From Malacoraja senta (taxonomy: Eukaryota), in contig CM075995.1 in NCBI GenBank assembly GCA_038087875.1, positions 1,366,001 to 1,430,000 of the forward strand: a stretch of 64,000 nucleotides of DNA, read 5' to 3'. A program made the position numbers and the translations under genes. The notes beneath the pieces are model-generated. The model did not search any database and was not told the DNA's origin. It was given only the letters and a program-made list of their open reading frames with translations. This document shows positions 1 to 13,287 of the stretch, piece by piece. Positions within the stretch are counted from its first letter, which is position 1. The number at the start of each line of letters is the position of its first letter.

Positions 1-837
1 GTTACCCACAGAAAAAGACACAGTGCTGAAGTAACTCAGTGGGTTACGCAGCATCTCTGGAGAACATGGATGGGTGATGTTTCGGTTTGAGAGTCTGAAG
101 AAGAGTCTTGACTCGGAACATTGTCTATCCGTATACTCCCGAGATGCTGCCGTATCTGCTGAATTACTCCGGTACTTTGTGTCTAATTTTGTAAACCAGC
201 TCTGCAGTTCCTTGTTTCCCCATTCACCAATTTACTTTAGTTTGGAGATACAGCGTGGAAACAGGGCCTTGGGCCCTCAGAGTTTGCACCCACCAATGAT
301 CACTGGTGCTGGCTCGAAGGGCCGAATGGCCTACTCCTGCACCTATTGTCTATTGTCACCCCGTACACTAGTTGTATGTTATCCCAGTTACGCATGCTAC
401 ACACTAGGGGCAATTTACAGAAGCCAATTAACCTACAAACCTGCGTGACTTTGGAATATGGGAGGAAACCGGAGCACCCGGAAAAACCCATGCGGTCATG
501 GGGAGAATGTGCAAACTGCACACAGACGGTACCCGTGGTCAGGATTGAACGTCAGTCTCTGGCGCTGTAAGGCAGCGATTCTACCGCTCCGCCACCATGC
601 CGACTTAATCCATGTTTGACCCATATCTAATATCGAACCTTTCCTAGCATGTACTTGCCCAAATCTCTCTTAAATGTTCTTATGGTACGTACCTCAACTA
701 CATCCTCCTACCTCTCTGCGAAAAAAAAAATGATCTGAAATATCTCCACGGGTGCTCAGAAATTCCCTTGGCTCAGCTGAAGGGTCTCGTGCCTTTGGTA
801 CGTCTGACTGCATTGGATACATACAGTAATAAGTACT

Positions 838-1044
838 CACGGAATGCTGGAGTTACTCAGCGGGACAGGCGGCGTCTCTGGAGAGAAGGAACGAGTGACG
901 TTTTGGGTCGAGACTGAAGAAGGCTCTCGATCTGAAACGTCACCCGTTCCTTCTCTCCAGAGATGCTCCCTGTCCAGCTGAGCTGCTCCAGCATTTTGTG
1001 TCTACCGTCGGTGTAAACCAGCATCTGCAGTTCCTTCCTCCACA
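838..1044. mobile_element. Inverted pair of Penelope pseudo-LTR tails
   Basis: Minus copy joined at the hammerhead motif to a plus copy, forming a long imperfect palindrome. Confidence 0.75.
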
Positions 1045-2019
1045 GTGTAGTACGTAGTCGTCCCTGATGGAATTAAGCAACTCTCAGCCCGCCATGTTTG
1101 TCAAATAAGCACTTCAAGGTAAATAGGAAGAAAAGTAAATTGCATGCCCCACTGATCTTTGACACCTCTGGAGATGGTAGAGAGTAAATTGTTGTAGGCA
1201 TAAGTTCTTGTTCACATGTAAAATGTTCATGGGGTAAAATGTCCTTTCACACACATGACCAAGCAACTTCCTGTCATGTGACAACCCCTTATGGTCATAA
1301 AGTCATAAGGTCATAAGTGATAGGTGCAGAATTAGGCCATTCGGCCCATCAAGTCTACTCTGCCATTCAATCTCACCCCCAATCTCACCCCCATTCTCCT
1401 GTCTTAGAAACATAGACATAGAAACATAGAAAATAGGTGCAGGAGTAGGCCATTCGGCCCTTCGAGCCTGCACCGCCATTCAATATGATCATGGCTGATC
1501 ATCCAACTCAGTATCCTGTACCTGCCTTCTCTCCATACCCCCTGATCCCTTTAGCCACAAGGGCCACATCTAACTCCCTCTTAAATATAGCCAATGAACT
1601 GGCCTCATTGGCTATATTCAGGTCTTCTCCCCATAACCCCTGAAACCCGTACTGATCAAGAATCTATCAATCTCCTCCACAGCCTTCTGTGGCAATGAAT
1701 TCCACAGATTCAATACCCTCTGACTAAAGACATTTCTCATCTACTTTCTATAGATTCATTTCACTTGCACTTTATAATAACTTGACTTGACCATATGTCA
1801 AGTTATTATAAAGGCTATGACATCTGGTCCTAGACCCTCCAGCCAGTGGACACTTCCTCTCCACATCCACTCTATCTATCCAGTCCTTTCACTATTCGGT
1901 AAGCTTGAACGAGGTCCACCCTCATCCTTCTAAACTCCAGCGAGTACAGGCCCAGTCTGTACAGACCATTCCGGGGTGACGGACAATTGTGGCGGATTTG
2001 ATTCCTAATCATTAAATTA

Positions 2020-2340
2020 GGGGCATTACGGTGGCACAGCGGTAAAGTTGCTGCCTTACAGCGCTTACAGTGCCAGAGAACCGGGTTCAATCCTGGCTAC
2101 GGGTGCCATCTGCATGGAGTTTGTACGTTCTCCCCGTGACCTGCGTGGGTTTTATATGTGATCTTCGGTTTCCTCCCACACTCCAAAGACACGCAGATTT
2201 GTCGGCTAATTAGCCTGGTAAAATTGTGAATTGTCCCTAGTGTGTGTAGGGTGGTGTTAATGTGCGGGGATCGCTGGTTGGGGCGGAGTCAGGGGGCCGA
2301 AGGGCCTGTTTCTGTGCTGTTCTTCTACACTAAACTAAAC
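2020..2340 (+). mobile_element. V-SINE (HE1-like)
   Basis: A/B boxes, core, (CTAAA)n tail. Confidence 0.88.
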
Positions 2341-2379
2341 AAGTGGCGCTTTATTTATTAAAGCTAATAAGTTCTAATG

Positions 2380-2908
2380 CCCTAATTTGAGGAAGGACAT
2401 TCTTGCTATTGAGGGAGTGCAGCGTAGGTTTACAAGGTTAATTCCCGAGACTGTCATATGCTGAGAGAATGGAGCAGCTGAGCTTGTACACTCTGGAGTT
2501 TAGATGGATGAGAGGGGATCTCATTGAAACATATAAGATTGTTAAGGGTTTGGACACGCTAGAGGCAGGAAACATGTTCCCGATGTTGGGGGAGTCCAGA
2601 ACCAGGGGCAACAGTTTAAGAATAAGGAGTAAGCCATTTAGAACGGAGACGAGGAAACACTTTTTCTCACAGAGAGTGGTGAGTCTGTGGAATTCTCTGC
2701 CTCAGAGGGCGGTGGAGGCAGGTTCTCTGGATGCTTTCAAGAGAGAGCTAGATAAGGCTCTTAAAAATAGCGGAGTCAGGGGATATGGGGAGAAGGCAGG
2801 AACGGGGTACTGATTGGGGATAATCAGCCATGATCACATTGAATGGTGGTGCTGGCTCAAAGGGCCGAATGGCCTACTCCTGCACCTATTGTCTATTGTC
2901 TATTGTCT
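2380..2908 (+). mobile_element. CR1/HER1-type LINE 3' fragment
   Basis: RGDLIETYKI...RTRG..L...FFSQRVVSLWNSLP; tail (CTATTGT)n. Confidence 0.9.
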
Positions 2909-4004
2909 AAGTTCGGATGTCAGAGGTTATGGGGAGAAGGCAGGAGAATGGGGTTAGGAGGGAGGGATAGATCAGCCATGATTGAATAGCAGAGTTGACT
3001 TGATGGGCCGAAGGGCCGAATTCTACTCTTATCACTTATGACATGGCCTTGTGACCTAATGGTTTGAAAGGCTGCCCTCTTAAACAAAGGGTAATTTGTA
3101 AAGTGGATAAATGCTCTAAAGTGATTTCTGCCTTGATAGCAATTAACAAAATGTACTCAGGGATAGAGCTTTGAGATTGTTAGGTTCAGGTATTGATTGG
3201 AGGTCCTATATTGGATGGAGGAGTCTCAGCTGGGAAGCTAACCCGAGAGTATTTACCAATCAAGGTAAACTCATCGGGAGGAATGATAATTTCCAAACTC
3301 ATTAGGGAGTTGAGAGCTTGGCCCGGAATGAGGAAAGAACAATTAGAAGCTAATTGGAACTAATTTAGGCCAACGATGGTGCAATTAATTCTGTGTACAG
3401 TTCTGAGAGCAAATAAGGCCAGTTATGAAGCTGTGGCACTCTGTAAATCTCAGCTCGATGAAGCTTCAAGATGGAAGGTAGGCACAGTAATTCAGCTAGA
3501 AGAGTGGTGCCTCAATAGGTTCGGTGACGAAGAACATAGCACAGGAGCAGGCCCTTCGGCCCACAATGTCTGTGCTGAACATGATGCCAAGTTAGACTAA
3601 TCTCCTCTGCCTGCACGTCATCCATATCCCTCCATTCCTTGCATATCCATGTGCCTATCTAGAAGCCTCTTTAACATAAGCCCTTCCATTATAAGGGCGG
3701 CACGGTGGCACAGCGGTGGAGCGCCAGAGACCCGGATTCGACACTGACTACAGGTGCTGTCTGTATGGAGTTTGTACGCTCTCCCCGAGACCTGCGTGGG
3801 TTTTCTCCGTGTGCTCCGGTTCCTTCCCACACTCCAAAGAGGTGCAGGGTTGTAGGCTGTCTGGCTCGGTAAAATTGTAAATTGTCCCCAGTGTGTGTAG
3901 GATAGTGTTAGTGTGCGGGGATCGCTGGACTCCGTGGGCCGAAGGGCCTGTTTCCGCGCAGGATCTCTGAACTACACTGTCCAATCTCTCCTTACAGCTA
4001 GTAG

Positions 4005-4440
4005 TTGGCCCCCTTCGGTCATGACTGACCATGGGAGATGCATCCTAGTTTGCAGGTGATGTGCGGTCGGATGCAAGCCTGGGCGATGTCATATGGAGGA
4101 CAGGCTGTTGCCCATGCTGCACGTCCCCCCCTCTCCACGTCGCTGATCGATCCAAAGGAACAGCAGGGCCGTTACAGTTTGGCACCAGCGCCGTCGCAGG
4201 AGCGAGGTTGTGGACAACGGCGAACTGCCTTAGGGGCTCCGACTCCGGATTTTCTTGAGGTGTACTCCTGGAGCCTTTTCCATGACTGGATATGGCCACA
4301 AGGCAGTGGAGGTTTTAAATCAGAGTTTTCACTCTCCTAGATGGACCGCCTTCCCAGGCTGACGAGCCCCATCTGCCCGAGACACGTGGGGGCGGGAGCG
4401 TCTACCTTCCCGTGCCGGTCTATAGCACCTGCCCACTGCC
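4005..4440 (-). mobile_element. RTE-related non-autonomous element (5' UTR-like sequence)
   Basis: Minus strand ...CTAGGAGAGTGAAAACTCTGATTTAAAACC resembles the conserved RTE 5' UTR motif as recalled; no RT frame. Confidence 0.5.
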
Positions 4441-4793
4441 TGTAATAAAGCTAATAAATACCCTGTAATACAGGCAGCAGTCTGATAAACCTCTGATAAT
4501 TTATTCAGTTTTGACCTGCCTGTTGGCAGCTCGCAGAGCCTCCCTGTATTAGAGTCACAGAGTGATACAGCACGGAAACAGTCCCTTCAGCCCAACTTGC
4601 CCACACCGACCAAGATGCCCCATCTACACTAGTGCCTCCTTTCCATGTTTGGCCCATATACCTCTGAACCTTTTCCTAACTCTGTGCCTGTCCAAATGTA
4701 TTTTAAATGTTGTGCTCGTAGGTCAGGTCGGGGGGAGTTCCAGGTCCCAGTATCCAGGTCAGGTCGGGGGGAGTTGACCTGACCTGACCATAA

Positions 4794-5569
4794 AGCAGAC
4801 TATTATCTAAATGGTGGCCGACTAGGAAAAGGGGAGATGCAGCGAGACCTGGGTGTCATGGTCCACCAGTCATTATAAGTAGGCATGCAGGTGCAGCAGG
4901 CAGTGAAGAAAGCAAATGGTATGATAGCTTTCATAGCAAAAGGATTTGAGTATAGGAGCAGGGAGGTTCTACTGCAGTTGTACAGGGTCTTGGTGAGACC
5001 ACACCTGGAGTATTGCGTACAGTTTGGTCTCCAAATCTGAGGAAGGACATTATTGCCATAGAGGGGAGTGCAGAGAAGGTTCACCAGACTGATTCCTGGA
5101 TGTCAGGACTGTCTTATGAAGAAAGACTGGATAGACTTGGTTTATACTCTCTAGAATTTAGGAGATTGAGAGGGGATCTTATAGAAACGTACAAAATTCT
5201 TATGGGGTTGGGACAGGCTAGATGCAGGAAGATTGCTCCCGATGTTGGGGAAGTCCAGGACAAGGGGTCACAGCTTAAGGATAAGGGGAAATCCTTTAAA
5301 CCGAGATGAGAATAACTTTTTTCACACAGAGAGTGGTGAATCTCTGGAACTCTCTGCCACAGAGGGTAGTTGAGGCCAGTTCATTGGCTATATTTAAGAG
5401 GGAGTTAGATGTGGCCCTTGTGGCTAAAGGGATCAGAGGGTATGGAGAGAAGGCAGGTACGGGATACTGAGTTGGATGATCAGCCATGATCATATTGAAT
5501 GGCGGTGCAGGCTCGAAGGGCCGAATGGCCTACTCCTGCACCTAATTTCTATGTTTCTATGTTTCTATG
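4794..5569 (+). mobile_element. CR1/HER1-type LINE 3' fragment, frameshifted
   Basis: RDLGV, LVRPHLEYC and RGDLIETYKI motifs; tail (TTTCTATG)n. Confidence 0.9.
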
Positions 5570-7611
5570 AGTTCCCCCCGCCACGGGTACCATGTAATCC
5601 CGTGCTACCTGTTCCATGGTCGGATAGTCGGCGACTAAACCGTCTCCCCCCAACTTGGTTTGCCAGGTGAGGAGGGAGTTGTGGACCCCCAGCAGGAGCA
5701 AAAACAAGAGCTCCTAGCGAGCCAACGGCCAACCACACTTCAGTAGAAGTTGCGGATCACTGCCGTACATAGCATTGTGAGGCACCGTAGCCGGTTGATG
5801 GGTTAATCGGTCGCTGTAAGTTGCCCCCCAGTGTGTAGGTGACTGGTGAAACTTTTTCGACGTTTTTTAGAGATACAGCACAGAAACATGCTTTTCGGCC
5901 CTTATTTATGATTAAGGAGTAAGCCATTTAGAACGGAGACGAGGAAACACTTTTTCTCACAGAGAGTGGTGAGTCTGTGGAATTCTCTGCCACAAAGGGC
6001 GGTGGAGGCAGGTTCTCTGGATGCTTTCAAGAGAGAGCTAGATAGGGCTCTTAAAAATAGCGGAGTCAGGGGATATGGGGAGAAGGCAGGAACGGGGTAC
6101 TGATTGGGGATGATCAGCCATGATCACATTGAATGGCGGTGCTGGCTCGAAGGGCCAAATGACCTGCTCCTGCACCTATTGTCTATTGTCTATTGAGTCC
6201 TCTCCAACCAGCGATCACTCCGTACACTAGCCTGCTGGGGACAATTTTACAACTTACCGAAGCCAATTAACTTACAAACCTGCACGTCTTTGGAGTGTGG
6301 GAAGGGATCGGAGCTTCCCGGAGGGAAAGGCACTCTGGTCATGGGGAGAACGTACAAACTCCATACGGACAGCACCCGAGGCTGGGATCGAACCCGGGTC
6401 TCTCTGGCCCGGTGAGGCAGCGGCTCTACCAGCTGTACCACCATGCCGCCCCTAATCCCAGGGGATGTTGCTGGGAATATGAGGAATCAAATGGGACCGG
6501 TGTAAGATTTGATGGGAAGGGGGCTCGGGTGTCAGGCGAGGCATCCCACAAGGAGCAAGTGGCTCCAATTGATCTCCACGGTCTTGTCCCTGCTGCACGT
6601 CAACCCGTAAGTTGGCGGTTTGCAGCCAGTCATTAATCCCCGCAGATATTCCCCATAATCTTCAAATTCTTAACTCTCATTCTTGTTAGAAATTATCCTT
6701 GCAGTATTCATATCAGGAGGAATATTGGCTGCTCCGTCAGCGAAGTACAAATGATGGCACAGTGGCACAGATGGTACGCCCACTACCTCCAGAGACCCGG
6801 GTTCGATCCCGAGTGCATCTCATCTGTGTGGAGTTTCATAAGGTCTAAAGTGATAGGAGTAGAAATAGGCCATTCGGCCCATCTAGTCTACTCCACCATT
6901 TTTTCTCTATACCTTAGTACACCTAACAATCATAAACCTAAACCTTAACCGAAACACAGCAATATTTACAGCAATATAAAGAGCTAAGTGATAGGAGCAG
7001 AATTAGACCATTCTACCCATCAAATCTACTCTGCCTTTCAATCATGGCTGATCATAGGGGAGTCCAGAACCAGGGGCCACAGTTTAAGAATAAGGAGTAA
7101 GCCATTTAGAACGGAGACGAGGAAACACTTTTTCTCACAGAGAGTGGTGAGTCTGTGGAATTCTCTGCCACAGAGGGTGATGGAGGCAGGTTCTCTGGAT
7201 GCTTTCAAGAGAGAGCTAGATAGGGCTCTTAAAGATAGCGGAGTCAGGGGATATGGGGAGAAGGCAGGAACGGGGTACTGATTGGGGATGATCAGCCGTG
7301 ATCACATTGAATGGTGGTGCTAGCTCGGAGGGCCGAATAGCCTACTCCTGCACCTATTGTCTATTGTCTGCTGTCTATTGTCTATCTCTCCCTCCGAACC
7401 CCATTCTCCTGCCTTCTCCCCATAACTTCCAACACCCGTACTAATCAAGAATCTATCTATCTCTGCCTTAAAAATATCCACTGACTTGGCCTCTACAGCC
7501 TTTCGTGACAAAGAATTCCACAGCTTCACCACCTTCTGACTAATGAAATTCCTCCTCATCTCTTTCCGAAAAGAACGTCCTTTAATTCTGAGGCTATGCA
7601 TATGAGGCATA

Positions 7612-8489
7612 TGAGAATGCAGGGTGACTTGGACAGGTTGGGGGAGTGGGCAGATGCATGGCAGATGAAGTTTAATGCAGATAAATGTGAGGTTATCCAC
7701 TTTGGTAGCAAAAACAGGAAGGCAGATTACTATCTAAATGGCGTCAAGTTGGGAAAAGGAGAAGTACAACGGGATTTGGGGGTCCTTGTACATCAGTCTA
7801 TGAAAGTAAGCATGCAGGTACAGCAGGCAGTGAAGAAAGCGAATGGCATGTTGGCCTTTATAACAAGAGGAATCGAATATAGGAGCAAAGAGGCCCTTCT
7901 GCAGTTGTACAGAGCCCTGGTGAGACCACACCTGGAGTATTGTATGCAGTTTTGGTCCCCTAATTTGAGGAAGGACATTCTTGCTATTGAGGGAGTGCAG
8001 TGTAGGTTTACAAGGTTAATTCCCGGGATGGCGGGACTGTCATATGCTGAGAGAATGGAGCAGCTGGGCTTGTACACTCTGGAGTTTAGAAGGATGAGAG
8101 GTGATCTCATTGAAATATGTAAGATTGTTAAGGGCTTGGACACACTAGAGGCAGGAAACATGTTCCCGATGTTGGGGGAGTCCAGAACCAGGGGCCACAG
8201 TTTAAGAATAAGGAGTAAACCTTTTTGAACAGAGACGAGGAAACACTTTTTCTCACAGAGAGTTGTGAGTCTGTGGAATTCTCTGCCTCAGAGGGCGGTG
8301 GAGGCAGGTTCTCTGGATGCTTTCAAGAGAGAGCTAGATAGGGCTCTTAAAAATAGCGGAGTCAGGGGATATGGGGAGAAGGCAGGAACGGGGTACTGAT
8401 TGGGGATGATCAGCCATGATCACATTGAATGGCAGAGCTGGCTCGAAGGGCCGAATGGCCTACTCCTGCACCTATTGTCTGTTGTCTAT
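7612..8489 (+). mobile_element. CR1/HER1-type LINE 3' fragment
   Basis: QGDLDRL.EWA..WQM.FN..KC...LVRPHLEYC; premature TGA at 8226; (CTATTGT)n tail. Confidence 0.92.
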
Positions 8490-9060
8490 CACCTCTAGTC
8501 CTTGACTCTCCCACTAGTGGAAACATCCTCTCCACATCCACTCTATCCAAGCCTTTCACTATTCATTACTCTTCAATGAGGCCCCCCCCCTCATTCTTCT
8601 AAACTCCAGCGAATACAGGCCCAGTGCCATCAAACCGAGTGCTCCTGTTTCCTCCCTCACTCCAAAGACGTACTGGTTTGTACGTTAATTGGCTTTGTAA
8701 AGATGATAAATTGTCGATCGTGTGCGTGTAGATTAGTTTTGGTGTGCGGGGATCACTGGTCGGCACAGTCTCAGTGGGCCAAAGGGCCTGTTTCCAGGCT
8801 GTATCTCTAAACTAACCAAAGAATACATTTTGTACTCATATTATTTGTTTTGTTTTGATAGAAGGGAATACGTTTTGATGAAGCTAGTGTGGTATTTGAG
8901 CTGGGAAAGTAAGAAGGTAGATCATGTCCTGGGGGAGAACAAGTCATCAAAATGTGCAGCAGAACTGGATTCCCTTCTGTTCTGTCAAAGGGGCTGGTGA
9001 GTGTCTGAACATTGGGGGAAATCTAAACTACAGAATGTAAGCTAGAGTTTAGATTCATAC

Positions 9061-9583
9061 AGTTTATTGTCACGTGTACCGAGGTACAGTGAAAAGCTTC
9101 TGTTGCGTGCTAACCAGTCAGCGTAAAGTATAGATGATTACAATCGAGCCATTCGCAGTGTACAGATACATGATAAAGGGAACAACATTTAGTGTTAATA
9201 AAGTCCGTGGGTCTCCAATGAGGTAGATCATAGTTCAGCACTGCTTTCTGGTTGTGGTAGGATGGTTCAGTTGCCTGATAACAGCTGGGAAGAAACTGTC
9301 CCTGAATCTGGAGGTGTGCGTTTTCACACTTCTATACCTTTTGCCCGATGGGAGAGGGGAGAAGAGGGAGTGGCCAGGGTGCGATTCGTCCTTGATTACG
9401 CTGCTGGCCTTGCCGAGGCAGCGTGAGGTGTAGATGGAGTCAATGGAAGGGAGGTTGGTTTGTGTGATGGTCTGGGCTGCGTCCACAATTCGCTGAAATT
9501 TCTTGCGGTCTTGGACGGAGCTGTTCCCAAACCAAGCTGGGATGCGTCCTAATGAAATGCTTTCTGTGGTGCATCTGTAGAAG
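9061..9583 (-). mobile_element. Rex1/Babar LINE 3' fragment
   Basis: HPGHSLFSPLPSGKRYRS...RFRDSFFPAVIRQLN. Confidence 0.88.
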
Positions 9584-9679
9584 AGGGTACAGAATGATAA
9601 TCACCGCATTCTCCACCTTATTGGAGACATGATTCGGTCGCAAGAAAAATTGTACCTCTATCCACAACACCACCGAGGA

Positions 9680-10135
9680 AGATTGGGTTAACGTACGATG
9701 AGCGTTTGATGGCTCTGGGTGTGTAGTCGCTGGAGTTTAGAAGGATGAGGGGGAATCTCATTGGAAGTTACCAAATAATAAAAGGCCTGGATAGAGTGGA
9801 TGTGGAGAGGATGTTTCCACCAGTAGGAGATTCGAGGGCCAGAGAGAGGGCACAGCCTTAGAATAAAAGGACGTACCTTTAGAAAGGAGACGAGGAGGAA
9901 TTTCTTTAGTCAGAGTGTGGTGAATCTGTGGAATTCATCGCCACTGAAGGGCTGTGGAGGCCATCAATGGATATTTTTAAGGTGGAGATTGATAGATTAT
10001 TGATTAGTACAGGTGTCGGGGGCTATGGGAAGAGGGCAGGAGAATGGGGTTGAGAGGGAGAGATAGATCAGCCATGATGGAATGGCAGAGTAGACACGAT
10101 GGGCCGAATGGACTAATTCTGCTCTTATATCTCAC
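9680..10135 (+). mobile_element. Degenerate CR1-type LINE 3' fragment
   Basis: Same family as 60385-61455. Confidence 0.8.
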
Positions 10136-11997
10136 TGTGGTTGTGAGATATAGGAGCATATACCGAGATATACAGTGTGTTAAAAGGCCCTTCGGCCCAA
10201 CTTGCCCACACCGGCCAACATGTCCCAGCTACACTAGTCCCACCTGCCTGCGCTTGGTCCATATGCCTCCAAACCTGTCCTATCCATGTACCCGTCTAAC
10301 CTTTTCTTAAACATTGGGATAGTCCCAGCCTCAACGACCTCCTCTGGCAGCTTGTTCCATACACCCACCACCGTTTGTGTGAAAAAGTTACCCCTCAGAT
10401 TCCTATTAGATCCATTCCACTTCACCTTGAACCTACGTCCCCTGGTCCTCACTTCACCTACTCTGGGCAAGATACTCTGTGCATCTATTCACAAGTTCAC
10501 GTTATAGTAGGCCATTCAGCCCATCGAGTCTACTCCGCTGTTCAATCATGGCTGATCTCTGCCTCCTAATCCCATTTTCCTGCCTTCTCCCCATAATAGT
10601 CGACACCCGTTCTAATCAAGAATCTGTCTATCTCTGCCTTAAGAATATCCACTGACCTGCCCTCAATAGCCCTCCCATGGCAATGAGTTCCACAGATGAA
10701 CCACCCTCTGACTAAAGAAGTTCCTCCTCACCTCCTTTCTAAAAGAGCGCCCTTTAATTCCGAAGCAATGACCTCTGGTCTAGACTCTCCAACCAACTCC
10801 CATCTATTCCTCTCATGATCTTATACACCTCTATAAGATCACCCCTCATCCTCCTGCGCTCTAATGGCATGGTGGCGCAGAGGTGGAGTTGCTGCCTTAC
10901 AGAGTTTGAGGCGGCGGAGCCCCGGGTTCGATCCCGACTACGGGCGCTGTCTGCACGGGAGTTTGTACGTTCTCCCCGTGACTTGCGTGGGTTTTCCCGG
11001 GGATCGGTTTCCTCCTACGCTCCAAAGACCCTCCATGTATGTGGGTAGACACAAAATGCTGGAGTAACTCAGCGGGTGAGGCAGCATCTCTGGGGAGAAG
11101 GAATGGGCGACGTTTCAGGTCGAGACCCTTCTTCAGTCGATTTAAACCAGCATCTGCAGTTCGTTCTTATACATGTGTGTCGGTAAATTGGCTTGGTATA
11201 AATGTAAAAATTGTCCCTTGTGTGTGTAGGATAGTGTTAATATGCGGGGATCGCTGGTCGGCGCGGACCCGGTGGACGGAAGAGCCTGTATCCGCGCTAT
11301 ATCTCTAAACTAAACAGCTGATTTGACTAATGCCGATCCTGTAAAGATGGCGTGTGTGTGTGTTTGTAGTCCACGGTGAATTATGCGCGTCATTCCATTG
11401 CGCCACAGCGCTAACTCCAAGTGACCTGAGATCCTCGCTGTCAACTGAGGGACATACGATTTCTCTTTATTACACTCATGTAAGAACATAAATCACACAA
11501 CAAATAATAGTGCTCGTGATTTATGTCCGCTCGCGAATCTAATGGGACAATTTTTTTACGCGGTCAAGACTTCTATGGGGCTTTTGCTGTTGATCTCTTT
11601 CATAAAGAAGCACGGCAGAAGATGATGAAAGCATTTATTTTTCACAACCACTTGGAGTATAAACAGAACTATTCCGGGTGGGCCCTCATGTGCTGTGATA
11701 TCCCAATGATCTGGTTTCCATCAGCAAGAGAAATAAATATTCTGTCACGTAATACTCTGCCTCTTCTCCTCCACATGTCTAAAGATATTAATGATTCTTA
11801 TAACCCGGCCACTCTGCGCCAAAAATTAAAAGTACACACAAAGTTGACTCGGGTGCCTCTGTGGAATTAATCTCAGTTTACTAGTCGAAAGGTGGAGGCT
11901 GGGGTAGGCGCAGAAAGGCAAAGCGCAATAGGAATTCAGGGACAGTTTCTTCCCAGTTGTTATCAGGCAACAGAACCCCATCCTACTGCACCCAGAG

Positions 11998-13287
11998 AGC
12001 AGGAACAGCACGCCATATTTCGCTTGGGCAGCTTACACCCCCCAGCGGTATGAATATTGACTACTTTAACTTTTAGTATCCGCTGTTTCAGGTGCGGACT
12101 CCGATATATTTCGGCGAGACCAAGCGCAGGCTCGACGATCGTCTCGCTGAACACCTCCGCTCAGTCCTCCTAAACCTACCTGATCTCCCGGTTGCTAAGC
12201 ACTTTAACTCCTCCCTCCCATTCCCACACTGACCTTTCTGTCCTGGGCCTCCTCCATTGTCAGAGCGAGGCCCAGCGCAAATTGGAGGAACAGTACCTCA
12301 TATTTCACTTGGGTAGCTTACACCCCAGCGGTATGAACATTGACTTCTCTAACTTCAAGTAACCCTTGCTTTCCCTCTCTCTCCATCCCTCCCCCTTCCC
12401 AGTTCTCCGACCAGTCTGATTGACCCCGATTACATTTTACCTCTGTTTGCTTTGTTGTCACCTTCTCCGAGCTAACAATGATTTATTCTACATCTCTTTT
12501 GGCATCTTGTCTCCACAATCATTACCCCCCCCCCCCTTATCTCTGTGTCTCCCTCTCCTCTGACTCTTAAGGCTCTTTCTTACGGTGTTTGCGGTCATCG
12601 GCGGTGAAGCGCGGCTTCGCCTGTAGAGTGGATCGCACGGCAACGGCGAGAGCGGCGAGCCTATCCACGGGAGCGCCGCACGGATGCTGCGCGGGGGCCG
12701 AGTGATTCAAATACGGCGGGTCCCACGTGCTTGCGGTAAGTTAAAAAAAGGGCAGGCCGACTGCGATGACGTCGGCCCGCCGCACGTGACTCACTAGCGG
12801 CGGCTGTGGCGGCGGCCGTCCTGATCGCGGCGCTGTAGCGGTGGCTGTGCCGCACACGTGCCTCACTGGCGGAGGCTGTGGCGGTGCAAGTTCGACGCAC
12901 GGCGCTCGAGCCACACTGGCGGCGGCCCGTGCGGGCGGCCGTGCCGCACTCGTGCATCACTGGTGGAGGTTGTGCGGTAGGAAAATATTTTTCAACAGTG
13001 TAGGTTTTATTTTAGCACCGTGCGGTGTTGGGAACAACGCCGCACGGCCCCGGAATGGTGCGTTCTCACGAGTGCGCGGTCTATGGCGGCCCAGGAGCGG
13101 TAGATTCTTCCCGTTTTGCCGCCAATGACCGCAGACTCGTGAGACAGGCCTTTTAGTCTGAAGAAGGGTCTCGACCCAAAACATCACCCATTCCTTCTAT
13201 CCAGAGATGCTGCCTGACCCGCTGAGTTACTCCAGCATTTTGTGTCTATCTTCAGAGTAAACCAGCATCAGAAGTTCCTTCCTACAC
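11998..13287 (+). mobile_element. Penelope-like element 3' part (GIY-YIG endonuclease remnant plus pseudo-LTR), interrupted by a MITE
   Basis: About 12080-12362 translates, with frameshifts, to RC..CGL.YIGETKRRL.DR.AEH...VAKHFN...LEEQYLIFHLGSLHPSGMNIDF*. 11998-12075 duplicates the C-terminal part. Tail resumes at 13156 with GTCTGAAGAAGGGTCTCGACCC. Confidence 0.85.
12570..13152. mobile_element. GC/CpG-rich non-autonomous DNA transposon (PIF/Harbinger-like)
   Basis: Imperfect TIRs of about 35 bp (aggctctttcttacggtgtttgcggtcatcggcgg / gccgccaatgaccgcagactcgtgagacaggcct); TTA on both flanks; interrupts a Penelope tail. Confidence 0.7.

Noticed and set aside
4375..4440. L3-like GCCCCCACGTG near the 5' end of the RTE-related element
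   Set aside because: Downstream P1'/P4/P2' strands not found; at most a deleted remnant.
5570..5790. Possible further HDV-like ribozyme in an RTE-like fragment
   Set aside because: An ACC...GGT P3-like element is present but no consistent P1/P2 pairing could be built.
12661..13187. GC-rich ORFs and apparent CpG-island promoter
   Set aside because: Lie within a TIR-bounded MITE; no recognisable protein.
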